A stretch of 63,922 nucleotides of DNA, filler included, from Aduncisulcus paluster (taxonomy: Eukaryota), in NCBI GenBank assembly GCA_024181965.1. It is 12 parts of 12 records of this genome, joined end to end, with 100 filler letters (N's around TTAATTAATTAA, not from the genome) between each part and the next. Parts side by side here need not be neighbours in the genome. Positions count along the whole stretch, not along the records: positions 42,731 to 49,029 come from BQXS01010033.1; positions 49,130 to 53,225 come from BQXS01010034.1; 10 more parts are not named here. One strand, given 5' to 3'. The translations under genes were made by a program, and so were the position numbers. Numbering within the stretch: the stretch's first letter is position 1; the number at the start of each line of letters is the position of its first letter. Shown in pieces: positions 42,731 through 53,325 of the stretch. A model generated the notes under the pieces. It was not told the DNA's origin and made no database searches. It saw only the letters and a list, made by a program, of their open reading frames with translations.

Positions 42731-44122
42731 CTTGCTGAAGCCGAAAGACAGAGGGAAGATGCTGAGGCAAGAGCAGAGGAGGAGAGACAAAGGAAAGAAG
42801 CTGAGAAGAGGAAGGTTGAGGAAACAAGGAGAAGAGAAGAGGAGAAGAGAAGAGTTGTGATGCAAATAGTGGCTGACCGTCAAAAGCGGAGACAAATGCA
42901 AAAACAACATCATTCAAGTTCAATAGATGACGACCATGAGGATGAATGGGATCATCAGACACCTTCCCATCGACAATCCTATGGTCAGTCAGATACCTAC
43001 CATGGAGCATACTCTCAGTCACGACAACACTCCTACGTCCCTGCTCAATCGACCAGTGGTGGAGGTTATTCCTCTTCTCCCCAAGGCGGGTATTCACAGA
43101 TTCACAGTGACCAGATACGGATGAGAGGTCAAGATTCAGGCCATTATGGGGATGAATCGGGATCCTCTGCTTTTCCTCACTCGCATGGGATACAGCGTCG
43201 TGCAAGCGACATCCCTCAGTCTAATTCATCACACCATCGTACCGGTGGATCCGGAAGGTTAACGTCCTCAACATCGTCTGTAGGGCCATACGCATCACAC
43301 AGGACTCCAACTTCTCCGCTTGGGGAACATTATGCCCCCCCAATGGATGAAAGGAGAGGAGATGGAGGTGATTTCTCACTGCCTCTCCTTATATCTGGAC
43401 TTGAAAGGGATAGCAGTGAGTCTCGGAAACTAAAGACTCTTTCTTCGTTGCGCTCTTTCGCTTATAACCCAGAATATTCATGGGAGGGCCAGTTTGCTCA
43501 AGCCTTGACTGGGCTGATATCCTTGATGAAAGACGAGAGTGGGGTTGTTCGAATGGAAGCAATGGAGTGTGTTGGGGAACTGTTCCAAACTCATTTTCAT
43601 GAATTCACTGAGTTCCTGGAACTCACTCTGCGAACTGTTCTTCGTGGATATCAGGATCCTGATCCTCGAGTCAGTCGGGCTGTTGATCAAGCCTTGATGA
43701 AGCTGTCATCGTCATGTGATCCCACCGTCACCCTGAAGAGTCTTGCTCCAATCTTGAAGGCCAGTGAAGGTGCTGAGTTGCATGGAGCCATCCGTCTCCT
43801 AGCACGTATCTGTCAAAGAGTTGAGAGTGATCGTCTCAAGGATCTTGAGTGCGTTCTTCCGGGATTGTTTGAAGCCTTCCGTAATCCTTCTGCCGATATC
43901 AGGAAAGCGGTTGTGTTTTGTCTTGTCGATCTTTATATGACCTTTGGAAACGACCTTAACCCTTTCTTATCGACCCTGACGGCGACTCAACTGAGATTGG
44001 TGACTGTTTATGTGCAACGGTTGCGCAAAGCAAGGAAAGAGGAGCAAGAAGGAAGCAGGAGGCACGAGGAAAAGGAAGATCAGGATCATCAGAAAGATGA
44101 AGACTACGAATCATACCACTGA
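42731..44122 (+). CDS. CLASP: CLASP (CLIP-associating protein) C-terminal TOG/HEAT region; N-terminus missing
   Basis: LPGLFEAFRNPSADIRKAVVFCLVDLY...QLRLVTVYVQR is the conserved CLASP C-terminal signature. The last 337 bp are duplicated across the 20-N gap (44203-44539). Confidence 0.85.
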   Translation, partial: LAEAERQREDAEARAEEERQRKEAEKRKVEETRRREEEKRRVVMQIVADRQKRRQMQKQHHSSSIDDDHEDEWDHQTPSHRQSYGQSDTYHGAYSQSRQHSYVPAQSTSGGGYSSSPQGGYSQIHSDQIRMRGQDSGHYGDESGSSAFPHSHGIQRRASDIPQSNSSHHRTGGSGRLTSSTSSVGPYASHRTPTSPLGEHYAPPMDERRGDGGDFSLPLLISGLERDSSESRKLKTLSSLRSFAYNPEYSWEGQFAQALTGLISLMKDESGVVRMEAMECVGELFQTHFHEFTEFLELTLRTVLRGYQDPDPRVSRAVDQALMKLSSSCDPTVTLKSLAPILKASEGAELHGAIRLLARICQRVESDRLKDLECVLPGLFEAFRNPSADIRKAVVFCLVDLYMTFGNDLNPFLSTLTATQLRLVTVYVQRLRKARKEEQEGSRRHEEKEDQDHQKDEDYESYH

Positions 44123-44755
44123 TAATCAAAGGATCAAAATGATTCGTCCTTTATTAAATATTTATTCTAATTGAATTTCACTNNNNNNNNNNNNNNNNNN
44201 NNTGAGTGCGTTCTTCCGGGATTGTTTGAAGCCTTCCGTAATCCTTCTGCCGATATCAGGAAAGCGGTTGTGTTTTGTCTTGTCGATCTTTATATGCCCT
44301 TTGGAAACGACCTTAACCCTTTCTTATCGACCCTGACGGCGACTCAACTGAGATTGGTGACTGTTTATGTGCAACGGTTGCGCAAAGCAAGGAAAGAGGA
44401 GCAAGAAGGAAGCAGGAGGCACGAGGAAAAGGAAGATCAGGATCATCAGAAAGATGAAGACTACGAATCATACCACTGATAATCAAAGGATCAAAATGAT
44501 TCGTCCTTTATTAAATATTTATTCTAATTGAATTTCACTTCTGAAAGTTCTTGAGTGATATCGAAATCTCCAGAGATTTGGCGGGGTCCCCGCCGCGGGG
44601 ATCTGCAATAAAAATAAAAAATAATTAAAAATGGGTTTTGAATTTTTGGTGAGGTTGATTATACTTGATTTCTCTATTTTTCTTCGGGTCTGTCAAGGTC
44701 ACATTATGTTGGTAAACACCGAGTATTTTATATATTTTTGGAAATTAAGAAAATA

Positions 44756-46588
44756 ATGTTATCTGTACAAGTTTACAGCATATTTCGCTCTTTTTATTTT
44801 ATTTGTGCTTTGATTTGCTTCGTTTGCATATTTCTTTCAAATCCAACCCTTGCTAGGCAAATTAATGATGATTCTTCGGTTTATATTACATCTAGATCGA
44901 CAGTTACACTTGCTGGATTCAATTATATGGCTGTTGGGATTATAGATGAAATTACAACGGAAATCTTGAGTACTGACCTTCCTTCCTTTACATTGAACAA
45001 TATTGATACTCCAATTGGAGTTGTTGATCTTTCTTTTACCGATATTCAGATTGAATCCATGGACCTCAGTGATTTTCGGACCTATTTTTTGGAATCGACA
45101 TCTGAGATCGAAGTGAGTGTTTCTGATGTGTATTTTCAGATTAGTTTGGACTTTTCTTATAAATTATGCACATTTCCATATTCCACTGATTCTGGAACCC
45201 TTATTATTACCGCTAATGGTGCTAGTTTCGTTGGATTTGCCCATATCATTCAAATAAGTCATGTTCCTTCCCTCACTGTAGACTCAGCCAAGTTCTCATT
45301 GGGCGATTTCTCTCTTAGTCTCCGTGGTTCTTCGAGTATCTTGTCCACAATAATCCAGATAGCCACTCCACTCATTCAATACTCAATTGAAGATGCAATG
45401 AACTCTGTATTCGCCCAAGTTGTGAATCAAGTGATTAATTCTCTACTCTACGCAGTTACATGTCTTCAGCTCAACGATACAACGGCTATTGATATCCGTC
45501 AACCATGTGATGGTGATATNNNNNNNNNNNNNNNNNNNNCTTCGAGTATCTTGTCCACAATAATCCAGATAGCCACTCCACTCATTCAATACTCAATTGA
45601 AGATGCAATGAACTCTGTATTCGCCCAAGTTGTGAATCAAGTGATTAATTCTCTACTCTACGCAGTTACATGTCTTCAGCTCAACGATACAACGGCTATT
45701 GATATCCGTCAACCATGTGATGGTGATATTTTTAACGATTATGTCTCAAATCCTGCTTCAAGTCTGTATTATGGCACTGATGTTGACCGTTACACCCCTC
45801 CAAGTTCCTATTCAAGCGATTCTGTGCCTTATATTGTTGACGATAGCACTGATCAGCGTATCTTTTCCCCTCAGATGCTGATATCTCTGATTGATGTGTA
45901 CAGGCAACGTGGCATGTTCACAGTCTCACTCTATCCCGATGAGGTTCCATCTGCATTCCCCTTTGATCTGACTGTCTCTGGCTTGACCCAGTTCTTTGAT
46001 ATCACTCTGCCCGCATCCTCTCCTTTCACTCTTGACTCACCTGTTTACCTCTCCCTTGAGCTCCCTGAGACACCTTCTTACACAATGATGGCTGGATGTA
46101 TTGCTTTGAATATGGACTTGAAGGCTAAGTGGTACGTGTTCTCTGAGAGTGATCACTCACAGGACTCTGAGCTTGTGTCGTTCGATCTTGGTCTTGTAGT
46201 CGCTACAACTATCGCCAATATTCTCTCTGATGATGGTAATGTTTATGTTGGGTTCTCCTTTGAATTCTCGGCCTATTCTGTGGAGATTACTGAGATTGAC
46301 TGTGATATTTCGAATGAGAACTTAGCCTCGCTCTTCCATAATATGTTACTCGATTTATCTTATTCCGATGCCATGAATGCCTGGGCTCTTGATCTGCCAT
46401 ATATGTTCTCATCGGGAACCAGCAGTACTTATGGATTCACTGAATCATACGCTTGGTATGGGGATGATTTCTTCGCTGTTCTGCTCACTTTGGATTGGTT
46501 TTCAGCCCCCGAAAGAGATTTGAAGGAGAGCATTTCTCGGATCAACATATTCTCTGTCGCAGATGATGATTCGATCTGTCTCCCATAG
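44756..46588 (+). CDS. Secreted acidic BPI/LBP (TULIP)-like protein; the internal 190-bp duplication across the gap is an assembly overlap
   Basis: Signal peptide. VTLAGFNY...LPSF...GVVDLSFTDIQI and FSYKLCTFPYSTDSGT resemble the BPI N-domain. Confidence 0.65.
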   Translation: MLSVQVYSIFRSFYFICALICFVCIFLSNPTLARQINDDSSVYITSRSTVTLAGFNYMAVGIIDEITTEILSTDLPSFTLNNIDTPIGVVDLSFTDIQIESMDLSDFRTYFLESTSEIEVSVSDVYFQISLDFSYKLCTFPYSTDSGTLIITANGASFVGFAHIIQISHVPSLTVDSAKFSLGDFSLSLRGSSSILSTIIQIATPLIQYSIEDAMNSVFAQVVNQVINSLLYAVTCLQLNDTTAIDIRQPCDGDXXXXXXXXSSILSTIIQIATPLIQYSIEDAMNSVFAQVVNQVINSLLYAVTCLQLNDTTAIDIRQPCDGDIFNDYVSNPASSLYYGTDVDRYTPPSSYSSDSVPYIVDDSTDQRIFSPQMLISLIDVYRQRGMFTVSLYPDEVPSAFPFDLTVSGLTQFFDITLPASSPFTLDSPVYLSLELPETPSYTMMAGCIALNMDLKAKWYVFSESDHSQDSELVSFDLGLVVATTIANILSDDGNVYVGFSFEFSAYSVEITEIDCDISNENLASLFHNMLLDLSYSDAMNAWALDLPYMFSSGTSSTYGFTESYAWYGDDFFAVLLTLDWFSAPERDLKESISRINIFSVADDDSICLP

Positions 46589-48210
46589 ATATATTGTATA
46601 ATACAATAGTATAGTATCTATTCTCATCTATCCACAGGTTTCTAATTATTCGTTATTATTATCATATCTCTGCCCTTTTATTTGTATTCTTTCACCGCAA
46701 AATTGTACGAAGCAAAGGGAATTTCCTCAGGATCTTAATATTTTACAAAAGTTTTCTCCAATTTACGACTTTTCTCGTTATTTCAACTTTTAGCAGGGTA
46801 TATTAACGTTCATACTTTGCATCTTCATTTTATTAATATTATTGTTTTATTGTCTTCTGGAACATGTGAATCACCATCGTTGAATTTACATGTGGCCTTT
46901 TGTTTTATTTTTGAATAGATATTCAAATTTATAAACTTTTAAAGTCATGATTTATTGATTCTATTATTTAGATCATTGTAGTAATATTTTTTATTATTAA
47001 CGTTTCTTCATTATTGGTGAGAAGAATTATTTTAGACTAATTCTCAATCTGATATTTTTAGAATATTTAGAGTTTTGGATCGCTTTTTTATTAAGTTTAA
47101 TTGGTTATAGTTCCTCATAATAGGGTAATTGACCTTCAAAAATATTTTATTTTATTTTAACATCTGCCCTCAACTATAAAATTATTCCATTTCTCTCTTT
47201 CTAAAAACACAACTTTTCTTGATTATTATTTCTTTTTGGCTCTTATATGATTTATCCAGAAATAATCCTGGCTTTGAGTTCAAGGTGAGGTTCTTTTTGT
47301 TTGATGATAAATTATCAGTATTTATCATGGATGGTTCGTATTTAAATCTCTTTATTACTGAATGAACAGTGTTTGTTCTCAATTCTATACATAGAATTTC
47401 TATGGTTTTGTTGAGGATTCTTTGAATGATCTTGTTTATGTAGATCCTGAGAATATAGGAATGAGAGAATTGTCTCAGACAATAAACTGTTTGAAATAAG
47501 AGAATGTAATGAAATTTGAGTGTCATTGTCAATGACTCATTGATAATGACATTATTAATGTGGCAAGACCACTTGTAGTTGTTAGTGTCACAAATTTACT
47601 CCTTAGTACCTGAGGAGAAATAAAAAACTAAAAATACCCAACAATAACTAATTGTTTAAACGATAATAAACAAATTTTCCTTTCGGATTTCTATTTTTAG
47701 ATTTTCTATTTTTAGATTATCAATTTCCAAATCGCGGTAAAATCGGTAATTTTTGATGGATTATCCATTTTAAATACCCTTTACAGTCAAAATCCCTGCC
47801 TATGTAAAATATCTAACCCAGGATCAGTTTGAATCGACATATTAGTATGAATGGCCACTTCCTCCCTATTGATTTGCCAGATTGAATTTCATGTGAGGTT
47901 TATTAAAAATTATTATTAAGTTCTAAGTTGAGCTCACAAAAATTGTCAAACAACAAGAAAGGAAAAGTTGCGATCATCCGCGAAAAAACTGAGGAGAAAT
48001 CTCTTCAATGAATAAATTTTTAATTTAATTTAAATCGTTGAAACAGAAAGAGGAAATAAAATAAATTTTACAATAATAATAATAAAAAAAAATCAGAATA
48101 ATAGAAAGGAGCAAAATAACAGATATAGTTTAGGCTTAGTAATAGGATTCAATATCTCACAACTCAGTTAGTATACAATACTGTACAACCATTCTTACCA
48201 ACCACTGGAT

Positions 48211-49029
48211 TTATAAATCAGTTGGAACATAGGCAAACTCATCAGTAGCTGGCATTTCTTGCTGCACATCGAAAGCATACAGCGGTGTCATAATGTAATC
48301 GGGCCTTTGGGTCATCTGAACACCGGTATCCCCATGGGAGGTAGCAAGGGAAGCTGGTGCAGGTCCAACCGGCATGGGAATACTTGGAGCTGAAGGATCA
48401 GGTGCAGGGTAACGGGCATTCTGTCCAGATCCAAAGGCACCAGGCGTCCCAACACCATCAGTAGGCACACCATACACGGAGTAAGCGGAGTAATAATCCT
48501 CAACAGTTGGATTCTTAAGGGTACATGACTGCATAAAGTCTTGGTAAGCACGAGTATCGTTCTGGAATTGTGCAATTTCTCCTGGAGTATAGATCCTTTT
48601 CTTAATGTCTCGGTGCATGAAAATACTGATAAGACGGTAAATAGCCTCGTAGATCACGCTTTGACCAATTAAGAAAGTCAACAAAAGGACGAAGAATGGA
48701 ACACAATTTTGTTGGGCGTAGAATTTTGAAGAACACTTTATGTTGGGGGAGACACAACGAGCATGAGGTTCCAAACCTGGGAGTTTTTCATTCATGGAAA
48801 CAGTACAATATCTATCACGGTGACTGTTGCGCGCATAACATGCAGCCCTCTGTTCTGTCATAGAGTCCCGTTGTGCTGCCGTGAATTCCAGTTTAAGATC
48901 AGTATGAAGAGAAACAATATCGGTGCGATCGGCGACACTGATATTTCCAGAAACATCGAGGCAAAACCCAAATGATACAGGTTCTGTACCACGATAAGTG
49001 ACCACCTTCTCTTTCTTTGTCCGACGATG
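48211..49029 (-). CDS. TMEM151-like membrane protein, C-terminal part
   Basis: VTY...F..CLDVSG, LEFT, NSHRDRY, then a hydrophobic helix and IKKRI. This resembles the TMEM151 family. Confidence 0.5.
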   Translation of the reverse strand, partial: HRRTKKEKVVTYRGTEPVSFGFCLDVSGNISVADRTDIVSLHTDLKLEFTAAQRDSMTEQRAACYARNSHRDRYCTVSMNEKLPGLEPHARCVSPNIKCSSKFYAQQNCVPFFVLLLTFLIGQSVIYEAIYRLISIFMHRDIKKRIYTPGEIAQFQNDTRAYQDFMQSCTLKNPTVEDYYSAYSVYGVPTDGVGTPGAFGSGQNARYPAPDPSAPSIPMPVGPAPASLATSHGDTGVQMTQRPDYIMTPLYAFDVQQEMPATDEFAYVPTDL

Positions 49030-49129
49030 NNNNNNNNNNNNNNNNNNNNNNNNNNNNNNNNNNNNNNNNNNNNTTAATTAATTAANNNNNNNNNNNNNNN
49101 NNNNNNNNNNNNNNNNNNNNNNNNNNNNN

Positions 49130-50853
49130 AACGGAGCTATCTTGATTGCCGCTTGACGGAGGATGTTTGATATCCAGCATACTTCGACGAAGATCCCCAA
49201 GGTCATCCTCATCGTCTTCAGAATCATCATAGTTGACCGCCTTAACAGTTGCACCCATAGCAATAGAAGACGAGGAGGAGGAGGAGGAAGAGGAGGAAGA
49301 GGAGGAACTGGGGTCTGAGACCTGAACTTGAACATGGGAGATGGAAGGGGGGGAGAGAGATGGAGAGAGAGAGGATGTTACTCGAGTGGATGGAGAGAGG
49401 GTCAGAGGAGGAGTTGGAAGGTCATTTGATGACTGATGACTTGTAGAGGGGTGAATGGAAGTGGGCTGGGAAGAGGAGGAGGGGAGGAAGAGGAGGAAGA
49501 GGAGGAACTGGGGTCTGAGACCTGAACTTGAACATGGGAGATGGAAGGGGGGGAGAGAGATGGAGAGAGAGAGGATGTTACTCGAGTGGATGGAGAGAGG
49601 GTCAGAGGAGGAGTTGGAAGGTCATTTGATGACTGATGACTTGTAGAGGGGTGAATGGAAGTGGGCTGGGAAGAGGAGGAGGGGAGGGGGGATCGAATTT
49701 CTGCTACAGAGGATGAAGCTCTGGAATTGGATGAAATCTTGGAGGATGGGCGAGACATCGCTGAACTGGGGCGGAAGAGAGAATTGGCAAACCTACTGAA
49801 TCGCAATTGACGTGACATCTGTCTATTTTTATGTCTTGCTAGCTCCTTGGGGGTCATAGGTTGAGTACTATCCGATTCAATTGATTTGGATGGTACGTTA
49901 TAACTTTTTTCTATTAAATCTGTTGTAACTGTTCGTATTTCTCTTCTATCAATATCAATTTTCTCTATAACATCGACAATTGAAGTGATATCGTCTCCAG
50001 AGTCTGGTAAAGAAGCTGACTTGGGTTTTTCCACAATAATTTCACTACTTAAACATATATTCGGAAGAGGAATGGAAATACAATCGGATACCATTTCGGT
50101 CATACACTTATCATGTTTCTGGAATTGTTTACGGTAACATTCGGCAACCTTAAAGGCTTGTCCACTACCTTTGATGGAATTACTACAAATATCAAGCATT
50201 ATAGATCGAATTGGCTTATTATTATATCCATAACCAATCACAGACTCCCCAAAAATCAAACAGGAGGAAATAAAAGCGAGGTCATGGGTTTTTTTAATAT
50301 ATAAGAGTGATTCGCCTTCATTGTATGATAAAAATGAAGTAGAACACCTTGTTTTAATATGATTTAAACAAAATACAGATAATTTTCTGGCTGCCATCAA
50401 TAAAACGTGTTGAGGTACAACATTCTGACCTTTAACATCTTTTAAATCAAATAAAGGTGCCAATATTGAGAGGGGAGTGGAAATATGCTTGAAAAATGTA
50501 TGAGTCATGTGGTGAATTGACATTGGGGGTAAAAGATCGGATAAAAATGAAAGAATTCTATGCTTCGAGACAAATAATGATTCTATAAATCGAGTGAATT
50601 CACTGTATAAAATAGAATTTGGCCGAATATGAGCTTTGAAATATGATTTTACAGATTCTTTCGTTGAAACATCCAAAAAAGTAGCTAAAATTGTATATAA
50701 AGATTCCACTTTTCTTATTTGTGGTGGTAATGGGAATCTTTGCCACAAATCATTTGATATTCCCATTTGGTGTCCCAAATCGGCATCTTTTCTGTTCTGG
50801 AATCTTCTGTGACATAATACAATTTGTAATATGCCAGCAATGAAAGTTGTCAA
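49130..50853 (-). CDS. Hypothetical protein with Ser/Pro-rich tail, frameshifted by a 200-bp tandem duplication
   Basis: ORF 49402-50853. Removing one 200-bp copy restores an open frame to the contig edge. Confidence 0.55.
49284..49687. repeat. Exact 200-bp tandem duplication
   Basis: GGAGGAACTGGGGTCTGAGA at 49301 and 49501. TTGTAGAGGG at 49441 and 49641. Confidence 0.9.
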
Positions 50854-51083
50854 AGTTTTGATACTAATTTAAGTTTTGTGATGGTCTAATTTGGATTAGA
50901 TTCTCCATAACGTTTTCCCTGATATCATAACAGGAAAAAATGATTTTTTATTCTATCTCATGTAAAAAATTGGATACCTTCTGTAAAATTGTCGAGTGAA
51001 AGTTCGAAGGATAGGGACCAATAGTTGTAGAATAAATTCTACAGGATAGGGACCAATAAAGATCGTTGCAACTTGAAATTGAA

Positions 51084-51578
51084 TCATTTGCTTTTGCACG
51101 CTTTGATAATCGAACGTTTCTTGAAGAAACCTGGGACAATGATATAGAATCCCCCAAAGAAGCCTTTTTTCTCTCCTTTGTAATTTTCTTCTGCAACAAA
51201 TTGAATCTTTTTGACTTCAGCAAGTTCAATAGGAACGGTATGCCAAGACCATTCCATTATTGTGGCAGGTTTTACGATAGAGAACTTCTTTGTGATGACT
51301 CCAGATTCAGTGAAACAATTAATGGCAAGGATCTTAACGCTTGTTGGAGCTCCACTCACACGGATAAGAATCTTCTCAATAACTTGGGGGGATTCCATTG
51401 GTATTGTTATCTCATGGAAAGAGAATCCAAAGCCTTCTCCTGAGGATAGCTCATTTCTCACATCTTCGAGGGTGGTGCCATCACCTTCAACAAACTTTGC
51501 AGAGCATGCTGGTCCATCGAAAGCACAATTGGATTTCTTTATGGAGATATCTCTGGGTCCTGGAACTGTTGGTAACAT
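51084..51578 (-). CDS. Small beta-sandwich-like protein of a lineage-expanded family
   Basis: ITIPMESPQVIEKILIRV...TKKFSIVKP...EWSWHTVPIEL.EVKKI resembles a repeated hypothetical domain recalled from Aduncisulcus-type proteins. Confidence 0.55.
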   Translation of the reverse strand: MLPTVPGPRDISIKKSNCAFDGPACSAKFVEGDGTTLEDVRNELSSGEGFGFSFHEITIPMESPQVIEKILIRVSGAPTSVKILAINCFTESGVITKKFSIVKPATIMEWSWHTVPIELAEVKKIQFVAEENYKGEKKGFFGGFYIIVPGFFKKRSIIKACKSK

Positions 51579-51718
51579 GAAATATGTGGAATCAAATCTC
51601 CATCATACGAGTGGTCTGATAGTTAGTTTTTTTTTATTCGGTGGTAACTTTATATCCTTCTGTAGTGCAGCAAATAAATTAGTATATATATTTATTTGAA
51701 AGAAATAACAATGGAGTT

Positions 51719-52523
51719 TTAAAATTTGGAATCTTCTTTAATAGATTCTTCATAAGTGAGATACAATATTGATTTAATCCTAGCAGCAAAGTCCATGACT
51801 TCGCTAGACACATCGGAGCTTATATCTTCTAAATTTTGGCACAAAATCTCTACTTGACGCAATTTTCCAAAATAAAAATCTTTTTCTCTTTCAACAGCTT
51901 TAGCAACTCTTTCCGTCTCAACAAGTTTATCTTTGAGGGCTGCTATTTCAGCTGCACTCTCCAGAGATCCAGAACGAGATATGGACTGGGATAATGCCCC
52001 ACGCTGATAACTTGTACCCATACTTCTCTTTCTGTGTTGTTCCATAGCTTTTCTCCGAACAAGAATAGGATCTTCGGCAACTCCTTCACTACTTTTCAAT
52101 TGACCAGCAAACTTACTGAAAAATTGCTGGCTTAATTCGAGGGTGTGCATGGGCTTGCCTTTTATAAGGTTCTTAACATCGACAAAAATCTTTGCGCCAA
52201 TTTTATCAAGACAATACTGTAATAACTTGAAATTTTTTTCCTTTTCATAGACAGATGTTGCTTCAAAGTGAACACGAGAGATATTAACTATCTTAGGATA
52301 CATAATATGAAGAATTTGTAGAAAAGCAGAACCCGAAGATAAATCTTGAATGGTTTTGTAATGTGATTTGAGGATGTCATTCTTACAATTCGAGAATTGG
52401 AGGGATAATAAAAAAAATAAGACGATAGCGGGAAACAAGAAATTTTGGGACAGAATATACAATGCAATTACGTACTACCCAATCTAAAATTTGTTTTTTA
52501 CCGATGAAATATGCGCTACTCAT
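51719..52523 (-). CDS. EB1: Microtubule end-binding protein EB1 (RP/EB family); two exons (52476-52523, 51719-52381)
   Basis: Spliced MSSAYFIGKKQILDWV|NDILKS...SGSAFLQI (CH domain). EBH motif EREKDFYFGKLRQVEILCQ. Intron GTACGT...TGTAAG at 52382-52475. Confidence 0.92.
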
Positions 52524-52855
52524 TTGGATGGATACAAGTTGTAAAGTTTACTCGTCTCCACCTGCTATCAACCCAACAAGCAAATTATTCCATTGGAAAA
52601 ACATTATATTATAGTTTTATTTTTTCAAATACGATTCTATTTTAATGTAGAAGGTTGATACGAAGAAATAGGAAAATGTCCGTCTGTGTTGTGACAAAAC
52701 ATTTAAATGGAAAAAAATTTCAAGAATGATAATAACACGATATAAAGAAACATAATAAAACAAATCATAACAATCGATGTTGACGTGACCAAGAGCTAAA
52801 ATGAAACAAGGGGAAAACGAAAAAAAACATGTAAAACAAAAAATAAACAAATATT

Positions 52856-53225
52856 TCAGATCAAAGAAAGCTTCTCTTCTTCTTTACCTTTCTGTTTTGA
52901 GATGAAAACCATTGAATCAAGCACACAGAGAGCATTCATCAGAATGTCACTCACAAGCATAGAAATATCATGTGAAGGATCAAAAGAAGGATCATCATTT
53001 TGGTCAGAATTATTATTACTATTTGCTACAATCGTCAAAATAGAGTTTGAAAATGATATAAGAATGTTTACAAAAGCCATAGCAAACAGTTTGTAGACGA
53101 GATTCTTCTGTTGTTTTGTAGCCATTTCAAAACCCTCTTTTTCAATCTGTTTGGTGTCTTTACACTGTTTTATGGCAATATATACGAGATACACAAAGAT
53201 AGCAATCGATAAAATAGATTGAATT
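52856..53225 (-). CDS. C-terminal fragment of a multi-pass (possibly 7TM receptor-like) membrane protein
   Basis: Three hydrophobic helices with a basic loop, ending ...VLDSMVF. Cut by contig end. Confidence 0.45.
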
Positions 53226-53325
53226 NNNNNNNNNNNNNNNNNNNNNNNNNNNNNNNNNNNNNNNNNNNNTTAATTAATTAANNNNNNNNNNNNNNNNNNN
53301 NNNNNNNNNNNNNNNNNNNNNNNNN

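Noticed and set aside
44171-44479. Second CLASP-like gene
   Set aside because: Near-identical overlap duplicated across a 20-N scaffold gap.
47182-47532. 116-aa minus-strand ORF as a gene
   Set aside because: AT-rich, with a non-ATG annotated start and no motif. Not supportable.
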